Shown: piece after piece, positions 1 through 11,392 of the stretch | How the letters are laid out: every line of letters begins with the position of its first letter | Position numbering within the stretch: the stretch's first letter is position 1 | DNA from: Trichomonas gallinae | Lineage: Eukaryota | Assembly: GCA_008369845.1 (NCBI GenBank) | Contig: MRSU01003204.1 | Coordinates: forward strand, 1 to 37,657 | Reading direction: 5' to 3' | Length of the DNA: 37,657 bases | The notes under the pieces: model-generated | Told to the model about the DNA's origin: nothing | Seen by the model: the letters and a program-made list of their open reading frames with translations, nothing else | Databases searched by the model: none | Position numbers and translations under genes: made by a program

Positions 1-1725
1 CAGCTTTTCGCATACATGGGAAACGTTGTTGGCAATCCAGAAGAACAAATTGGAATTGTTTATTGCTTTAGATCATTAAAAGCATACTACGTTAATCATT
101 ATCAAACAATTGAAATGGATAAATCAATTGACCAGATTGTTATCAATGATCAAATTAAAAATATGCGTTGGAATCTTAGAGAGCATAGAGAAGAAATCGA
201 AAATTATATTCATGAACATCTTGCCTTAGATAAAGAAATAAATGAAATATCACAAGATACAGAGGAAGAACTTATTGATACTTCATTTACAGACACATTA
301 CTCGATATCAAAGTTATCAAATTTATTCCTTTCCCAACTCAGTCATTTTATATGCATTTCATGGATGGCAGAGGTTTAAACACATTTGGAATTCAACCAG
401 AAATTTTTAGGAAAAACATTTTTAGTTCGTTAGCTTTAATAACAAGTTTATTGAATCGAATTTATATGCCATTATTATCAGTCCGCTTTGAAATGCAGAT
501 TGATCTGAATATGATCATTGTCGATCGAGATCCAGAAACACCGTTTACATACCGATCAAAATACAGTAATAAATACAATGACTATAACACTAATAATAAG
601 ATTTTGGATATAGCACAGAATTATTTCAAATCCACTGATATAGATCTTGGAATTATGCTTTCTCAATCCAGTTCACGTTCTGGTGTAGCATATACAGGCT
701 GCTTTTCCCCTCATGGAGTAACGAGAACCGGTGCATATGCTCTCGATCTTTATCAACAATCTGGCGTAATTGAACATCTGATTGCGCACGAACTCGGGCA
801 TTGCTTTGGAGCCCGACACTCATTTACATATAAAACGAACAATTTTCCAGAAGGCACAGAAGTAGGTTCTGGCGTAACAATTATGGGCTACCCAGGAAGA
901 GCTGACCAGAATAACGTTCAAGGGGACCCATACTCTTATTTTGCATTCCGCAATGTCAAAGTTATGTCTCAGCATATACAAAGGAACTTTTTGGTTAACT
1001 CATACCCAAAATCCAACCGAAAGCCCGTTATATCACCGATGAAGACAAAATATGTTATCCCAACCGATACAGCTTTCCTTCTCTCAGGTTCAGCAACAGA
1101 TCCAGATAATGATACACTCTATTATAACTGGGAACAAATTGACTCATATACACAGGTCGTTACTAAACAGACATACTCACACGCTCTTCCATCAGGTCCT
1201 CTTATTCGTAATTATGCCCCAACCACAGATTCGTTCAGATTCATACCCAAACTTGACAGAATAAAAACTGGAGATCTTAGAGATGGAAACCCAGTACGTT
1301 ATTGGGAATCTGTTCCTTCTGTTCCAAGAACTTTACATTTCGCTTTTACAGTATGGGACAGAAAGATGCTTAGTGGTGAAGCTGGAAACACTGATGCTAA
1401 AGTAGTTGGCATTAAAGTCGTTCAAAGTGCTCCATTTGCCTTTAAGAATTTCAAAACAGCTCAAAGCATAAGTAGAGGATCATCTCGCGAAATTGAATGG
1501 GAAGTTGGAGCAACAGCTGGTGATGAGATTAATGCAAAGACAGTAACAATCAAATTTGCAAGTGATGGAATCCACTTCAACAAAGTTCTTGCAGAGAAAG
1601 TTCCAAACAATGGAAGATATACAGTTACATTCCCAAGTGAGACAACATCAAATGGAAGGCTTATGATTCAAGGCGATGATAACATATTCATTGCTATCAA
1701 TACAGGCGATATTACAATTCATTAA
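1..1725 (+). CDS. M12B/reprolysin-like zinc metalloprotease of bacterial (Bacteroidota-like) type; probably 5'-truncated by the window edge
   Basis: HELGHCFGARH zinc motif, Met-turn-like GSGVTIMGY, then ATDPDNDTLYYNWEQID and a C-terminal Ig-like segment (EIEWEVG...VPNNGRYTVTFP) as in bacterial reprolysin-like proteins. The frame is open from base 1, so the ATG at 16 may not be the true start. Confidence 0.85.
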   Translation, partial: QLFAYMGNVVGNPEEQIGIVYCFRSLKAYYVNHYQTIEMDKSIDQIVINDQIKNMRWNLREHREEIENYIHEHLALDKEINEISQDTEEELIDTSFTDTLLDIKVIKFIPFPTQSFYMHFMDGRGLNTFGIQPEIFRKNIFSSLALITSLLNRIYMPLLSVRFEMQIDLNMIIVDRDPETPFTYRSKYSNKYNDYNTNNKILDIAQNYFKSTDIDLGIMLSQSSSRSGVAYTGCFSPHGVTRTGAYALDLYQQSGVIEHLIAHELGHCFGARHSFTYKTNNFPEGTEVGSGVTIMGYPGRADQNNVQGDPYSYFAFRNVKVMSQHIQRNFLVNSYPKSNRKPVISPMKTKYVIPTDTAFLLSGSATDPDNDTLYYNWEQIDSYTQVVTKQTYSHALPSGPLIRNYAPTTDSFRFIPKLDRIKTGDLRDGNPVRYWESVPSVPRTLHFAFTVWDRKMLSGEAGNTDAKVVGIKVVQSAPFAFKNFKTAQSISRGSSREIEWEVGATAGDEINAKTVTIKFASDGIHFNKVLAEKVPNNGRYTVTFPSETTSNGRLMIQGDDNIFIAINTGDITIH

Positions 1726-2084
1726 AATTATTAGTTGGTTTTAAATAAATACAACCTATTCCTCTATTTATGATTTAATTGAAATTATTTTTAATCAAGT
1801 AAAATATGATTATACATCCTGTTGTTAGTCATATAACCACATACATTTAAATTTATTCAATAATAAAGTTTTTCTAAATAATTGAAGAAAACTGTGAATT
1901 AATATTGTTCATATCCAATTAATTGGAGACAATTTCGAATAATATGTCTGTTGCAAGTAGCCTAGTCATTGAGAATAAATGAATCTGAATCAAATCATGA
2001 AAAACCATTCAATTTGTCATGTAAAAGTCAAAAACAATACGAAGGGTCTGACATTTTTATTTAGGGATAAAAATTTTCCTGTCC

Positions 2085-2370
2085 GTTAGCTCTTACTGCA
2101 AACACCAATTCCAGAAACACAATTCTTAAGTGTTGTTGAAAAGGTTGAAGAGGAAGTAAAAAATAAGCTAAAACAACAGCAGCATCAAGTGATATTTATG
2201 AAAATCTTAGAGCAGCTCAAGGCATTACTAGCCCATCAGAGGGACCAAAGAAAGTTGTAATTGTATGATCATATGATCATCCATAAATGCATGGAATGTC
2301 TCCTATGGGCATGATGAATTCAAGAACTAATCCAAACCATGATCAAGATGATGAAGAAGAACTAATAATA
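2085..2370 (+). pseudogene. Degraded coding relic of unknown family
   Basis: Coding-like composition across two frames (TPIPETQFLSVVEKVEEEVKNK; SSDIYENLRAAQGITSPSEGPKKVVIV*SYDHP*MHGMSPMGMMNSRTNPNHDQDDEEE) with stops and a frameshift. Confidence 0.3.
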
Positions 2371-2709
2371 TACGTCACGAATTGTTTAAAAAGATTGTTT
2401 TTTTTTTATTTTTTTCAACATTCAATAAATTGACGACATGTTTCATTAGCACGCATATTGTCAATTCCTCCATTTATTTTCTTTATTTTGACCTTATTTT
2501 ATTGAATTTTTTTTAAAAAAATTCGTGAAGTTCTATAATTATAATTTTTGGAAATTTAAGTTTGAAAATATGTTCCCATTCTAAACTCACATGAAAAATT
2601 AATTTGAGATTTTACATTTTGACGTTCAGAAAAAAATGCTAATTTTCAAACAATAAAAGTTCAATTGTTTATTAATATACTTATGATTTTTTTAAAAAAT
2701 TGATAATAA

Positions 2710-3690
2710 ATGAAAGTTGCTACTGAAGTGAAGCCACGAAAAGTCAATAAATTCGCCCAGCAGCAGCTTCCAGCATGGAGGCCTATGATTACACCAGCTA
2801 TTGCAATGATAGGTTTCGCAATAATAGGAGTTTTTTCGTTTGCAGCAGGAATTGCTTGTTTAGTTCAAAATAACAAGACGATTCACGTTGAACAGCGCTA
2901 CGACAACCAATGCGAACTCAATTCTACGTGCAATATTACACTTAGCGTTCCAAAAAAAATGCATGGTAATATATATATTAAGTACAAACTCACTAAATTT
3001 TTTCAGAATCACAGAAGATTCATGGAGTCAAGAAGTAGAGCACAGTTAAAAGGTGAGTATGTTGACTTTGCCGGAATGTATAAAGACTGTTACAAAACGC
3101 GTTCTATTAATGACTCAGAAACGCCAGCAAACTGGATACTACCTTGTGGAATATCAGCTTTATCCATTTTTAACGATACGTTCACTGTTCAAAACTCTGA
3201 TATTTTGATGGTTGAAAATGATATTGCTTGGCCAACTGATAAACGCTATTTATACAAGCCTCTAAACGAACAATATACAACAGGCCAGAAATGGCTTGAA
3301 AATGATCCACTTTTCGGAGGTCAAACAAACGAACACTTTATAGTTTGGATGAGAGTCTCTGCCATCCCAACAGTTGTTAAGCCATTCTCAGTCTGCAAGG
3401 ATTGCACAATTCCTGCAGGCGATATCAATATAACAATAACAAATAATTATCCGACATCGACATTTCACGGAACTAAGTCAGTAATTCTAACTAATCAGAC
3501 ATGGATGGGGCCAAAGAACTATTTTTTGGGAATTGCGTTCGTTGTTGTTGGAATTCTCTTATTTTTAACAATTATTGGCTTGGATATGCTCCACTTTGTC
3601 AGGCCAAGGAAATTGGGTGATCCACGGCTCGTTTGTAAGCTTATTGCACAGAGAGAAGAAGAATATAATCATTATTGGGAGAAATACTGA
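2710..3690 (+). CDS. CDC50: CDC50/LEM3 family P4-ATPase (flippase) beta subunit
   Basis: FAQQQLPAWRP, YKLTKFFQNHRRF, PCG..A.SIFNDTF, NEHFIVWMR, WMGPKNYFLGI, RPRKLGD; two TM segments. Confidence 0.95.
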   Translation: MKVATEVKPRKVNKFAQQQLPAWRPMITPAIAMIGFAIIGVFSFAAGIACLVQNNKTIHVEQRYDNQCELNSTCNITLSVPKKMHGNIYIKYKLTKFFQNHRRFMESRSRAQLKGEYVDFAGMYKDCYKTRSINDSETPANWILPCGISALSIFNDTFTVQNSDILMVENDIAWPTDKRYLYKPLNEQYTTGQKWLENDPLFGGQTNEHFIVWMRVSAIPTVVKPFSVCKDCTIPAGDINITITNNYPTSTFHGTKSVILTNQTWMGPKNYFLGIAFVVVGILLFLTIIGLDMLHFVRPRKLGDPRLVCKLIAQREEEYNHYWEKY

Positions 3691-3987
3691 TAATTCAATG
3701 AGCCATTTTACTCCCATATACTATATCGCCAAATTTTGGGGCAAAAAGAACGTGCAAATCCGAGTTTCAGTAATTTTTATGCGAGAAAAATAAATGTTGT
3801 TTTTTGTTTCTATTAATTAACCAGTCATTTAAATAGTTTCACAGTATGACAGTCTTTCTATTCCTTAATACAAAGTATGACTCGTTTCGAGAATGAAAAA
3901 CATAAATGTCAAAAAATCGATTTTTACATGACAGATATGGTTTATTTTTCAATTTTTCATTTTTTTTTATGATGTTTTTTTTTCTAG

Positions 3988-5052
3988 TTATGTATCATCC
4001 AGTGTGATAAATGGAGTTATGGTAATTATGTATCGAAAAGGTGTATAGCATACTGGCTGTGTTATACATATAAAATTTAATATTGTGATTCGAGCAGCGC
4101 CATGGCCAGAGTGCCCATTTGCGTAAGAAAAGTCAGGCTGTGGCATATATTCGCTACCACTGAGCATTAATGTATCAGTGAATGAGATTCCAGAATGATG
4201 AATATTTGATTCGCTCAAGGGGGAGATGCAGCCTTTGTGTCCACTTATGTATGAGCTTCCACCTGCACCTGAGTGTGTAACATATTCAGCAGGTGGCTCA
4301 GTAATAGTGTGGTATCCACCTCTATATCCAGAACCACTGCCACCAGTGGCACAGCCGTTAAAAGCGTTATATGAATAACCGTTGGCACCTTTTCCAAGGG
4401 CTCCTAATTTTTGTGTTCCACCAATGATATATTGGTATTTACCATCGGCAGACAGACCGCCAGCTGGCATTCCTGTGCCATAGCTACCGTAACTTGGATC
4501 TATTAAAGTTGCAATTTCAGATAGAGCCCCACCTCCACTTCCAGCACACATGATTCGACTGAGGATTGATTGATTGAGGAGAGACTCATCGGTAGTACTT
4601 GTATCAACGGGAATGAGGCGAATGTCAACACCACCACCTCCACCAGCTCCTGATTCTGGTGGATCGTCACGGGGATCATTTCCTCCATCGCCACCAAAGT
4701 TCCAACCGCCACGACTTGTAACACCTCGTGTTATGGTGGTCTGGTCTTCACCTTTGGCTCCAAGGTAGAGATATAGCTTCATATTCCTATGCACTGCAAG
4801 TTTTCCTCGCGTGTAAGCGCCAAGGCCGCCTTTGTTAGGGAGATTTGTAATGTTGTTGTCGTTCAATTGGCGAGCATTACCGCCTTGGGCGCCCCATAGC
4901 TCGATAAGGAAGTATCCATGCGTTAGTGTGATCTCATACGGTTTGCAATATGTAGATTTGTTGCAAGGATAGCTGAAAATGTATGAGTTATTGTAGAATT
5001 TAACGTTTTCATCACCATCATTGAATGATTCGAATTTAACTTGTACGGACAT
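3988..5052 (-). CDS. Glycine-rich protein (ALK/LTK-like Gly-rich domain; expanded trichomonad family)
   Basis: ELWGAQGG, GGLGAYTRG, SGAGGGGGVDIRL, SRIMCAGSGGG, GAGGSSYISGH, GHSGHGAARIT; short hydrophobic C-terminal tail. Confidence 0.85.
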   Translation of the reverse strand: MSVQVKFESFNDGDENVKFYNNSYIFSYPCNKSTYCKPYEITLTHGYFLIELWGAQGGNARQLNDNNITNLPNKGGLGAYTRGKLAVHRNMKLYLYLGAKGEDQTTITRGVTSRGGWNFGGDGGNDPRDDPPESGAGGGGGVDIRLIPVDTSTTDESLLNQSILSRIMCAGSGGGALSEIATLIDPSYGSYGTGMPAGGLSADGKYQYIIGGTQKLGALGKGANGYSYNAFNGCATGGSGSGYRGGYHTITEPPAEYVTHSGAGGSSYISGHKGCISPLSESNIHHSGISFTDTLMLSGSEYMPQPDFSYANGHSGHGAARITILNFICITQPVCYTPFRYIITITPFITLDDT

Positions 5053-5115
5053 TCATCTCAGAATATCTTCTTATTGAGCTAAAGTGAGCTAAGTGCATTT
5101 GACAATAATTTTGAA

Positions 5116-5269
5116 TTTACATGACAAAATTTTTATATTTGTCAGTTTCTCTCTCAAAAGAATATTTTACATGACAAAATATTTCCTCATGTCAATTCAA
5201 AATTGTGAAAAATCATTTTACACGACAAAAAATTAATTTACATAACAAAAATGATTTTACATGACAAAT
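5116..5269. promoter_or_regulatory. Array of five TTTACA(T/C)(G/A)ACAAA motifs upstream of the Gly-rich gene
   Basis: Copies at about 5116, 5166, 5217, 5237 and 5256. Confidence 0.55.
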
Positions 5270-5315
5270 ACAAACAAATAATAATCATATCGAGAAATGC
5301 TTAACAACAAAGTAT

Positions 5316-7043
5316 TTAGAAAGCATTTACATTCATACCAATTGCTCTTCTCCATCTCATTGCTATTTGATGTAATTTTCTATTGATTACTCCATATCCA
5401 TAACGTCTCAAAACTAAAGCATAAGAAAGTAACAACAGTGCAGCCAAAACACAAACAAATGCGATAATATAGATAATATTCATTTTTTCTTTTGATTGGT
5501 TGATATTGTCTAAATTTCTTGTTGCATTTTGTCTAAGAAGTCGTTTTCTCTCTTTAAATGACTCATATTTGACTCCTTCACCGCGAAATACAGCTTTGTC
5601 TATATTTTCATAATTGATTTGACATTGAGTTGTGTTAATGATAGCATTGTCATTAGAATATATGAAATCACCATTAGAGGAAGCAACAGAACGTGCAGAT
5701 CTTACTTTTTCTAAATTTAATCTTGAATGGCCAATTACGTAAATATCTCCGCCAAAATTAGCTTGATTACTAATAAATGCCGTATTATATATTTGCATAT
5801 GACCTTTATATATCATAACTGCACCTCCAGATTCTAACGCGTAATTTTCTTTGAAAAATGAGTTTTTCACAATGAGATTTGATTTAAAATTGGTTATGCA
5901 CGAGCCTGATAATGCAGCATTTTCTTTAAATGTAAGATTATTTCCATCAAATTGAGAATCAACAACAGTTATTATTCCATGATCATTATTATTTGATAAA
6001 AACGATGAATTGTTAACTGTAACTATAGATTTGTCAATAAACTGGAAAATTGAAAATGGGATTTCATATTGATTAATTGGCTTGCAATTCTGAACAATAA
6101 TTCCATTTGCATTAATATATGAATCAGCATAAGAAAGAATATGAAGTCCAAAATCACTAAAAACACAATTATTTGCAAATAATTTAGATTTTAAGCCTGA
6201 AATTAAGGTATTTGGACTGTGAAATCTTGATAAAATAGATGTAAATATTGAATCTTTCATATTAATAGTCGAATTCTCTTGAGAAAACAATGCTGTATCT
6301 GTTTCAGAAACAATTCTTGCAAAATTGCTATTTTCAATATTAATTATTGAATTACTCAGGGAACAGAATGTCTCGTAAAACAGTGAATCAGAAACATTAC
6401 AATTGAAATAGGTTACTTGGTTATGTTCTGAATAAATTAAAGAATTTACATATAGATTTGAAATCGATAGATTTGTAAGCTTAACAACGCAATTTTCCAT
6501 TCTAAGTATGGTATCTTTCATAAATATGTTATTTAATTTCGAATTAATAATTTGAATATCTGAATCAATTGCTTCAATTTGGAATGCGTGCAAATTATTG
6601 AATATACTATTCTCAATATGTATTCCGCCATTTTTGAGGGATATAAGACTTGAATCATTTAAAATTGAAGAATCAATAAATTCTATACATGTACAGACAA
6701 AAGTTGGCATTACCCCAATAATTGTGCAATTTATAAAGCTAATCGGTCGTTTTAATTCAATTTTTTCTGGTATTTTTGCCAAATTGAGATCGAAAGTTAA
6801 GCCATTTCCTACAATAGAGAGCCGAGAATCTTTTACTATAATGGAATTAAATAATACGTCAATTTCTTCGGTGCTTATCGTAGGAGAAACAAAAGTAATT
6901 TCTTCATCAGAAGAAATTTGATCAGCTATGTGTTTAATTGAGCATGGCTTTTCTTTTGTACATGTATTAACATAGCCCAGCCCATTTGCTGCGCAATAAT
7001 AGGATTTCGAAATTGCAAATTCGGAAAATATGAAAATCAACAT
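5316..7043 (-). CDS. Pmp-like / right-handed beta-helix type I membrane protein
   Basis: FxxN and GGA(V/I) repeats (FKEN, SGGAV, FISN, FGGDI), N-terminal hydrophobic stretch, C-terminal TM (IIYIIAFVCVLAALLLLSYALVL). The ORF track starts at TTG 7058; first ATG is 7043, preceded by an Inr-like TCATTT. Confidence 0.75.
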   Translation of the reverse strand: MLIFIFSEFAISKSYYCAANGLGYVNTCTKEKPCSIKHIADQISSDEEITFVSPTISTEEIDVLFNSIIVKDSRLSIVGNGLTFDLNLAKIPEKIELKRPISFINCTIIGVMPTFVCTCIEFIDSSILNDSSLISLKNGGIHIENSIFNNLHAFQIEAIDSDIQIINSKLNNIFMKDTILRMENCVVKLTNLSISNLYVNSLIYSEHNQVTYFNCNVSDSLFYETFCSLSNSIINIENSNFARIVSETDTALFSQENSTINMKDSIFTSILSRFHSPNTLISGLKSKLFANNCVFSDFGLHILSYADSYINANGIIVQNCKPINQYEIPFSIFQFIDKSIVTVNNSSFLSNNNDHGIITVVDSQFDGNNLTFKENAALSGSCITNFKSNLIVKNSFFKENYALESGGAVMIYKGHMQIYNTAFISNQANFGGDIYVIGHSRLNLEKVRSARSVASSNGDFIYSNDNAIINTTQCQINYENIDKAVFRGEGVKYESFKERKRLLRQNATRNLDNINQSKEKMNIIYIIAFVCVLAALLLLSYALVLRRYGYGVINRKLHQIAMRWRRAIGMNVNAF

Positions 7044-7209
7044 TAATAAAAATGACAAATTTAGATATGATTCACTTTATATGTATTGTTAAATGAACAA
7101 TTACAAGATGATAAGATCCATTTCCTTTAATTTTATTGCGAAATTTTTATATCATGTTTTAAAACTATTTAATTCGGATAACAGTTATTTATGTGATTCA
7201 TGCATTGGT

Positions 7210-8273
7210 TTATTTTACTTCTGAGTCATCATAAATCAAGATAAAAATTTCATAATAAATTAAGCGACATTGAGTATAATACATAATGTTTGTAGCGCAT
7301 ATTTCATGTATTATAGTGATTCTAGCGGCTCCGTGACCATAATGACCAATTGAATAACTAAAATCAGGTTGTGGCATCATTTCGCTTCCATTTAACATGA
7401 ACGTATTAGTAAAGTATATAATCGAATGATGAAATTCATTTCCACCTAGAGGAGAAATGTAATCTTTATAGCCATTGATATAAGAACTGCCTCCAGGTCC
7501 AGCATGCGTAATAAATCTTTGTGCTGGCGTGTTATCAAATGATATCCACTTCTGTATCCAGCTCCAGCTCCTCCAGTGGAACAGCCTGAAAAATCAGATG
7601 ATGAATATCCAGATTTTCCAATTCCGAGTTCTCCAAGAGTTTGAGTTCCACCAACAGTTAAAGAGTAGTAACTATTGCTAGATAATCCACCTTCTGGGCT
7701 TCCAACGGGATAACGTTCATCAGATATAATTGTATTTAAGGTATTCTCGGAAACAGCTCCTCCTCCACTTCCAGCACACATTATTCGACTGAGTATAGAT
7801 TGATCCAATAGGTTTTTATCAGTAGTTTTGGTATCAACAGGAATTAATTGAATATCAACTGCACCACCGCCACTGGCGTCTGATTCTGGAACTCTATCAT
7901 CAAATTTATCAACACCACCAACACCACAAAGGTTCCATCCACCGTTACTAATAACACTTTAATCTAAACTAATTTGATCTTCTCCTTTTGCTCCAAGGTA
8001 TATATATATAGTTGTATTTCATCTTTTATGTATAAATTACCATAAGTATATACTCCACGGCGGCTTTTATTAGGAAATTTTGTTGTTTCATTGTTTATTT
8101 GACGGGCATCACCACCTTGCGTACCACAAAGTTCAATCTTGTAAAGACCATGAGAAAGTGTTACTTTGTATGGCTTGCAATAATCAATTTTTTTAGCATG
8201 GATATTCAAAAATAAAGGAATTATTGTTTTCATGGCCATCATTGAATGTGTCGAACTGAACTTTAACTGACAA
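7210..8273 (-). pseudogene. Pseudogenised paralogue of the Gly-rich gene at 3988-5052
   Basis: Colinear fragments SVKVQFDTFNDG, YCKPYKVTLSHGLYKIELCGTQGG, QSILSRIMCAGSGGG, MPQPDFSYSIGHYGHGAARIT, broken by stops and frameshifts. The start position reads TTG where the paralogue has ATG. Confidence 0.88.
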
Positions 8274-8358
8274 TTATGTTATAAAGGATGATTTTAAAAT
8301 CTAAAATCTTATGACATGTAAAACACATTTTGCCATGTAAATTAACAAAAAATCAAAA

Positions 8359-9484
8359 ATGTGTTTTGAAGGTTGGATATATGAATCTCATTACAGGGGT
8401 CAAAGGACTGGATTCCATACACAAAATCCAAACCAATTAATGCTAAATTTCTTCGAATTAGATGATAGTAGGTTTTATAAAGATTTTCAATTAAATCCAA
8501 ATACGAGATATAAAGCTTCAGTACACGCAATTGGTGAAGATATAGTTGCACAAAATGATTGCGGTGGAAATATTTCCGTTTTAGGTGATTGGAACCATTC
8601 TTCAGAATTTGATAATGGACGTGGATCGTTTGAGGGCAATTTAACAGTTTCCGTACCAAATCCGATGGAAAGATTAGATTATCATGCAGATTAGGATTTT
8701 GGTGTTCAGAAGCAAAAGGAAAAATTATATTTACAAATTTCCAATTAGAAGAGGACTTTTCGAAAATTGTTCTAGGCACAGATCAGGTTAGATTTGAGAC
8801 GTCCATTGATAACTTGGAAAAAATCGATTTGGATCGAATCGAATGGTGGCTGGAACAAAATAATACAGCATACAAGCAAATGTTTGAATTATACGGCACT
8901 TGCCCATTTAATAATGAAATTTTAAATATCGAATCAAGTTTTGGCATTAATGCTTATGCATTTACTGGAAATCCAATAGTATGGAATGAACAATGCTAGA
9001 TTACTTTTTAAGTGAGGAAGAAACATTTTCAGCAAATTTTGGTATCTTTCACGAAATCGGTCATACTTATGATCAAACTGCTTTATCGAAGATCAATTGC
9101 GAGTTAATGGCCAATTTTGGATTGTGTTATGCAGTTGAAAATGGAAATCTCAAAATTTATTTTGATAATGAACTTACATATGGGCGCGGGCTTCAGGATG
9201 GCTTCTATAAGCGTGCTTATGAAGGATCAATCAAAATAGGTAAATATCACCATGATGGACTTTTATATTGCATTTTGCGTGTTAAAGATACAATCGGCTG
9301 GGAGCCATTTAGAGTTTTGATGAGGAATTTGATCAAGCAGAAGCCAAATATTGAAAAACCGACAGCAGTATTTAACATGTGGATGGAAAAACTTACTGAC
9401 ATACGTTAAGGCACTGGAATCAATGTTACGGCACTTTTCTTAGATGGAGAGTATGATTTAATCATGAAACAAGATGAGCTTTAA
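8359..9484 (+). pseudogene. Carbohydrate-binding-like domain plus M60-like zinc peptidase, disrupted
   Basis: One protein can be reconstructed across frameshifts at about 8660 and 8995 and an in-frame TAA at 9407. It contains LNPNTRYKASV...CRLGFW (CBM-like), then FGIFHEIGH...CELMANF (HExxH plus downstream E, as in M60-like peptidases). Confidence 0.7.
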
Positions 9485-10088
9485 TTCCTATACTAGCAAT
9501 TCAATCATTCTTTGCTTCTTAAATCTGAAAAAAATTATTTGAATTTTTTTTTTAACTTGCTTATTGATTCTCATTCCAATATACCAATAGTATCGTTGTT
9601 TTTGATATAAATATGCATTGTAATTCTTCTAATTTTGTTTCGAAATTGTTATATTTATGCAAGGATTCATTTAACTATTAGCATATGCAATTTGTAGCTT
9701 GAGATGCAACATATGCAAACATTTCATAAAAATGTTGTATATAATATTTGATTCAATAAAAAATGTGTCTAATACTAATATGCAACCGAATATAAATTTG
9801 AGTTAGAATTTAAAATAAAATTTTGCTTTAAAACGAGTATATAACCCTAATAAAGATTCAAATATATTTTACTATAATTTGTTATTTTCGAATTAGCAGG
9901 TTCGTAAAGTGTACGGTAGATGTTTTCTATTCAGATGCTTGTATTATTTCTTTGTTTTACTAAACATATTCAGTTTTTGCCATGTAAATACTTTAAGTCA
10001 AAAATTTTGTATCGGTTTGAGTAGTCAATATTTTGAAAAGAAAAAACTGACACAGTACAACAAAAAGTGACAATAATTTAGATATTTG

Positions 10089-11099
10089 ATGACTTTACCA
10101 ACAGAATTTTACCGCAATGAGATTTTGATGCACGATTCTACTACAGACCAGACATCCACGATCTTTAACGAGGATGGATACTTGATGATCTCAGATTTAC
10201 ATGATTTAAAAAAACGTTTTAAGCGAGAAAAGCAGAAATTAGCATCTACAACTACGCAAAATGTAGTAGAACCTGCACCTATTCTATTAAATATGAATGA
10301 ACTTTCACCTCCAAAAATTCATCACCGAAAACATCGAAGAAAAATTCGTAAAAATGTAAAAGATGCGAATAAATTACCAAAATCTCCAAAATTACATAAG
10401 AAACATCACGTGAAACCACGAAGAAGGTCTCAATCTCAACTCAATGATTCAGAATTTCAAAAAATCTCGATTAAAAATAGCTCTTTAACTCCAAAACAGA
10501 ACCATAAATCTGTGTTTCCTAGAACTAAATCAGATATCAAACTAATTCAAGATTTGATTTCAAATCCAAATCAAAAAAGAAAATCTGCTGAAACAGCATT
10601 GAATTTACAATTTAACAAATCAAAGAGTGATACTAAATTTGTATCATCAAAACATCATTCTCATAATTCGAAGCAAAATAATTTAATCGATAGATCTGTT
10701 CTAATCATTGATGAAAAGAACTTAAATCATTTAGATAATGAAGTTGATAACAAAAATATTATTAGTAACTCAACAAAATCTGCTTTAGATTTGCTTACAC
10801 ATGGATTAACTCCATCAGCATATCCAATAGCTCCTTTAGCTGTAGAAAAGCCTAAACCACTTGTTACTTGTGCTGATGACATTACTTTCGATCAAACAAA
10901 ACAAAATGATTTTTTGCAAAAGCGTTTGAAGCATTATCATAAAAAACATAAGCAGACATCATCATTAATATGTCCAGTCCCTAATTGGCTTTCTTTCCAA
11001 GTTGATTTAATTTCACTTCCCAATGATTCGATCATTGAACAAGCTGCAACAAAGAAGTACCACATACCAGACTTGATAAAGCAAATCAAAGAACAATAA
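10089..11099 (+). CDS. Hypothetical basic, low-complexity (K/H/S-rich) protein
   Basis: 336-codon ORF from ATG 10089; AAAAGTGACA about 15 nt upstream; no recognisable domain. Confidence 0.7.
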   Translation: MTLPTEFYRNEILMHDSTTDQTSTIFNEDGYLMISDLHDLKKRFKREKQKLASTTTQNVVEPAPILLNMNELSPPKIHHRKHRRKIRKNVKDANKLPKSPKLHKKHHVKPRRRSQSQLNDSEFQKISIKNSSLTPKQNHKSVFPRTKSDIKLIQDLISNPNQKRKSAETALNLQFNKSKSDTKFVSSKHHSHNSKQNNLIDRSVLIIDEKNLNHLDNEVDNKNIISNSTKSALDLLTHGLTPSAYPIAPLAVEKPKPLVTCADDITFDQTKQNDFLQKRLKHYHKKHKQTSSLICPVPNWLSFQVDLISLPNDSIIEQAATKKYHIPDLIKQIKEQ

Positions 11100-11392
11100 T
11101 TTTTATAAATGTTTGTATTTATTCGATAATTTATTTCTGAAATCTTAGCTAATGCAATAGAATTATATATTTTCGTTGGAATCGTAGACATTTCTATGCA
11201 ATAAACATAAAAGACAAAATCGAAATTAAAATTATTCTTCGGAAATGAATTTGGAGATATTATGTATTAGTTGCAATATATTTATATTTGTATTTAGCAT
11301 AAATGTTGTTGAATTTTTGGAAATGATAATTTCAATTATCCGTTGTATTTACAATTAAAAATTCAAACAAGAGAGTAGTAATATCTGGAAAA

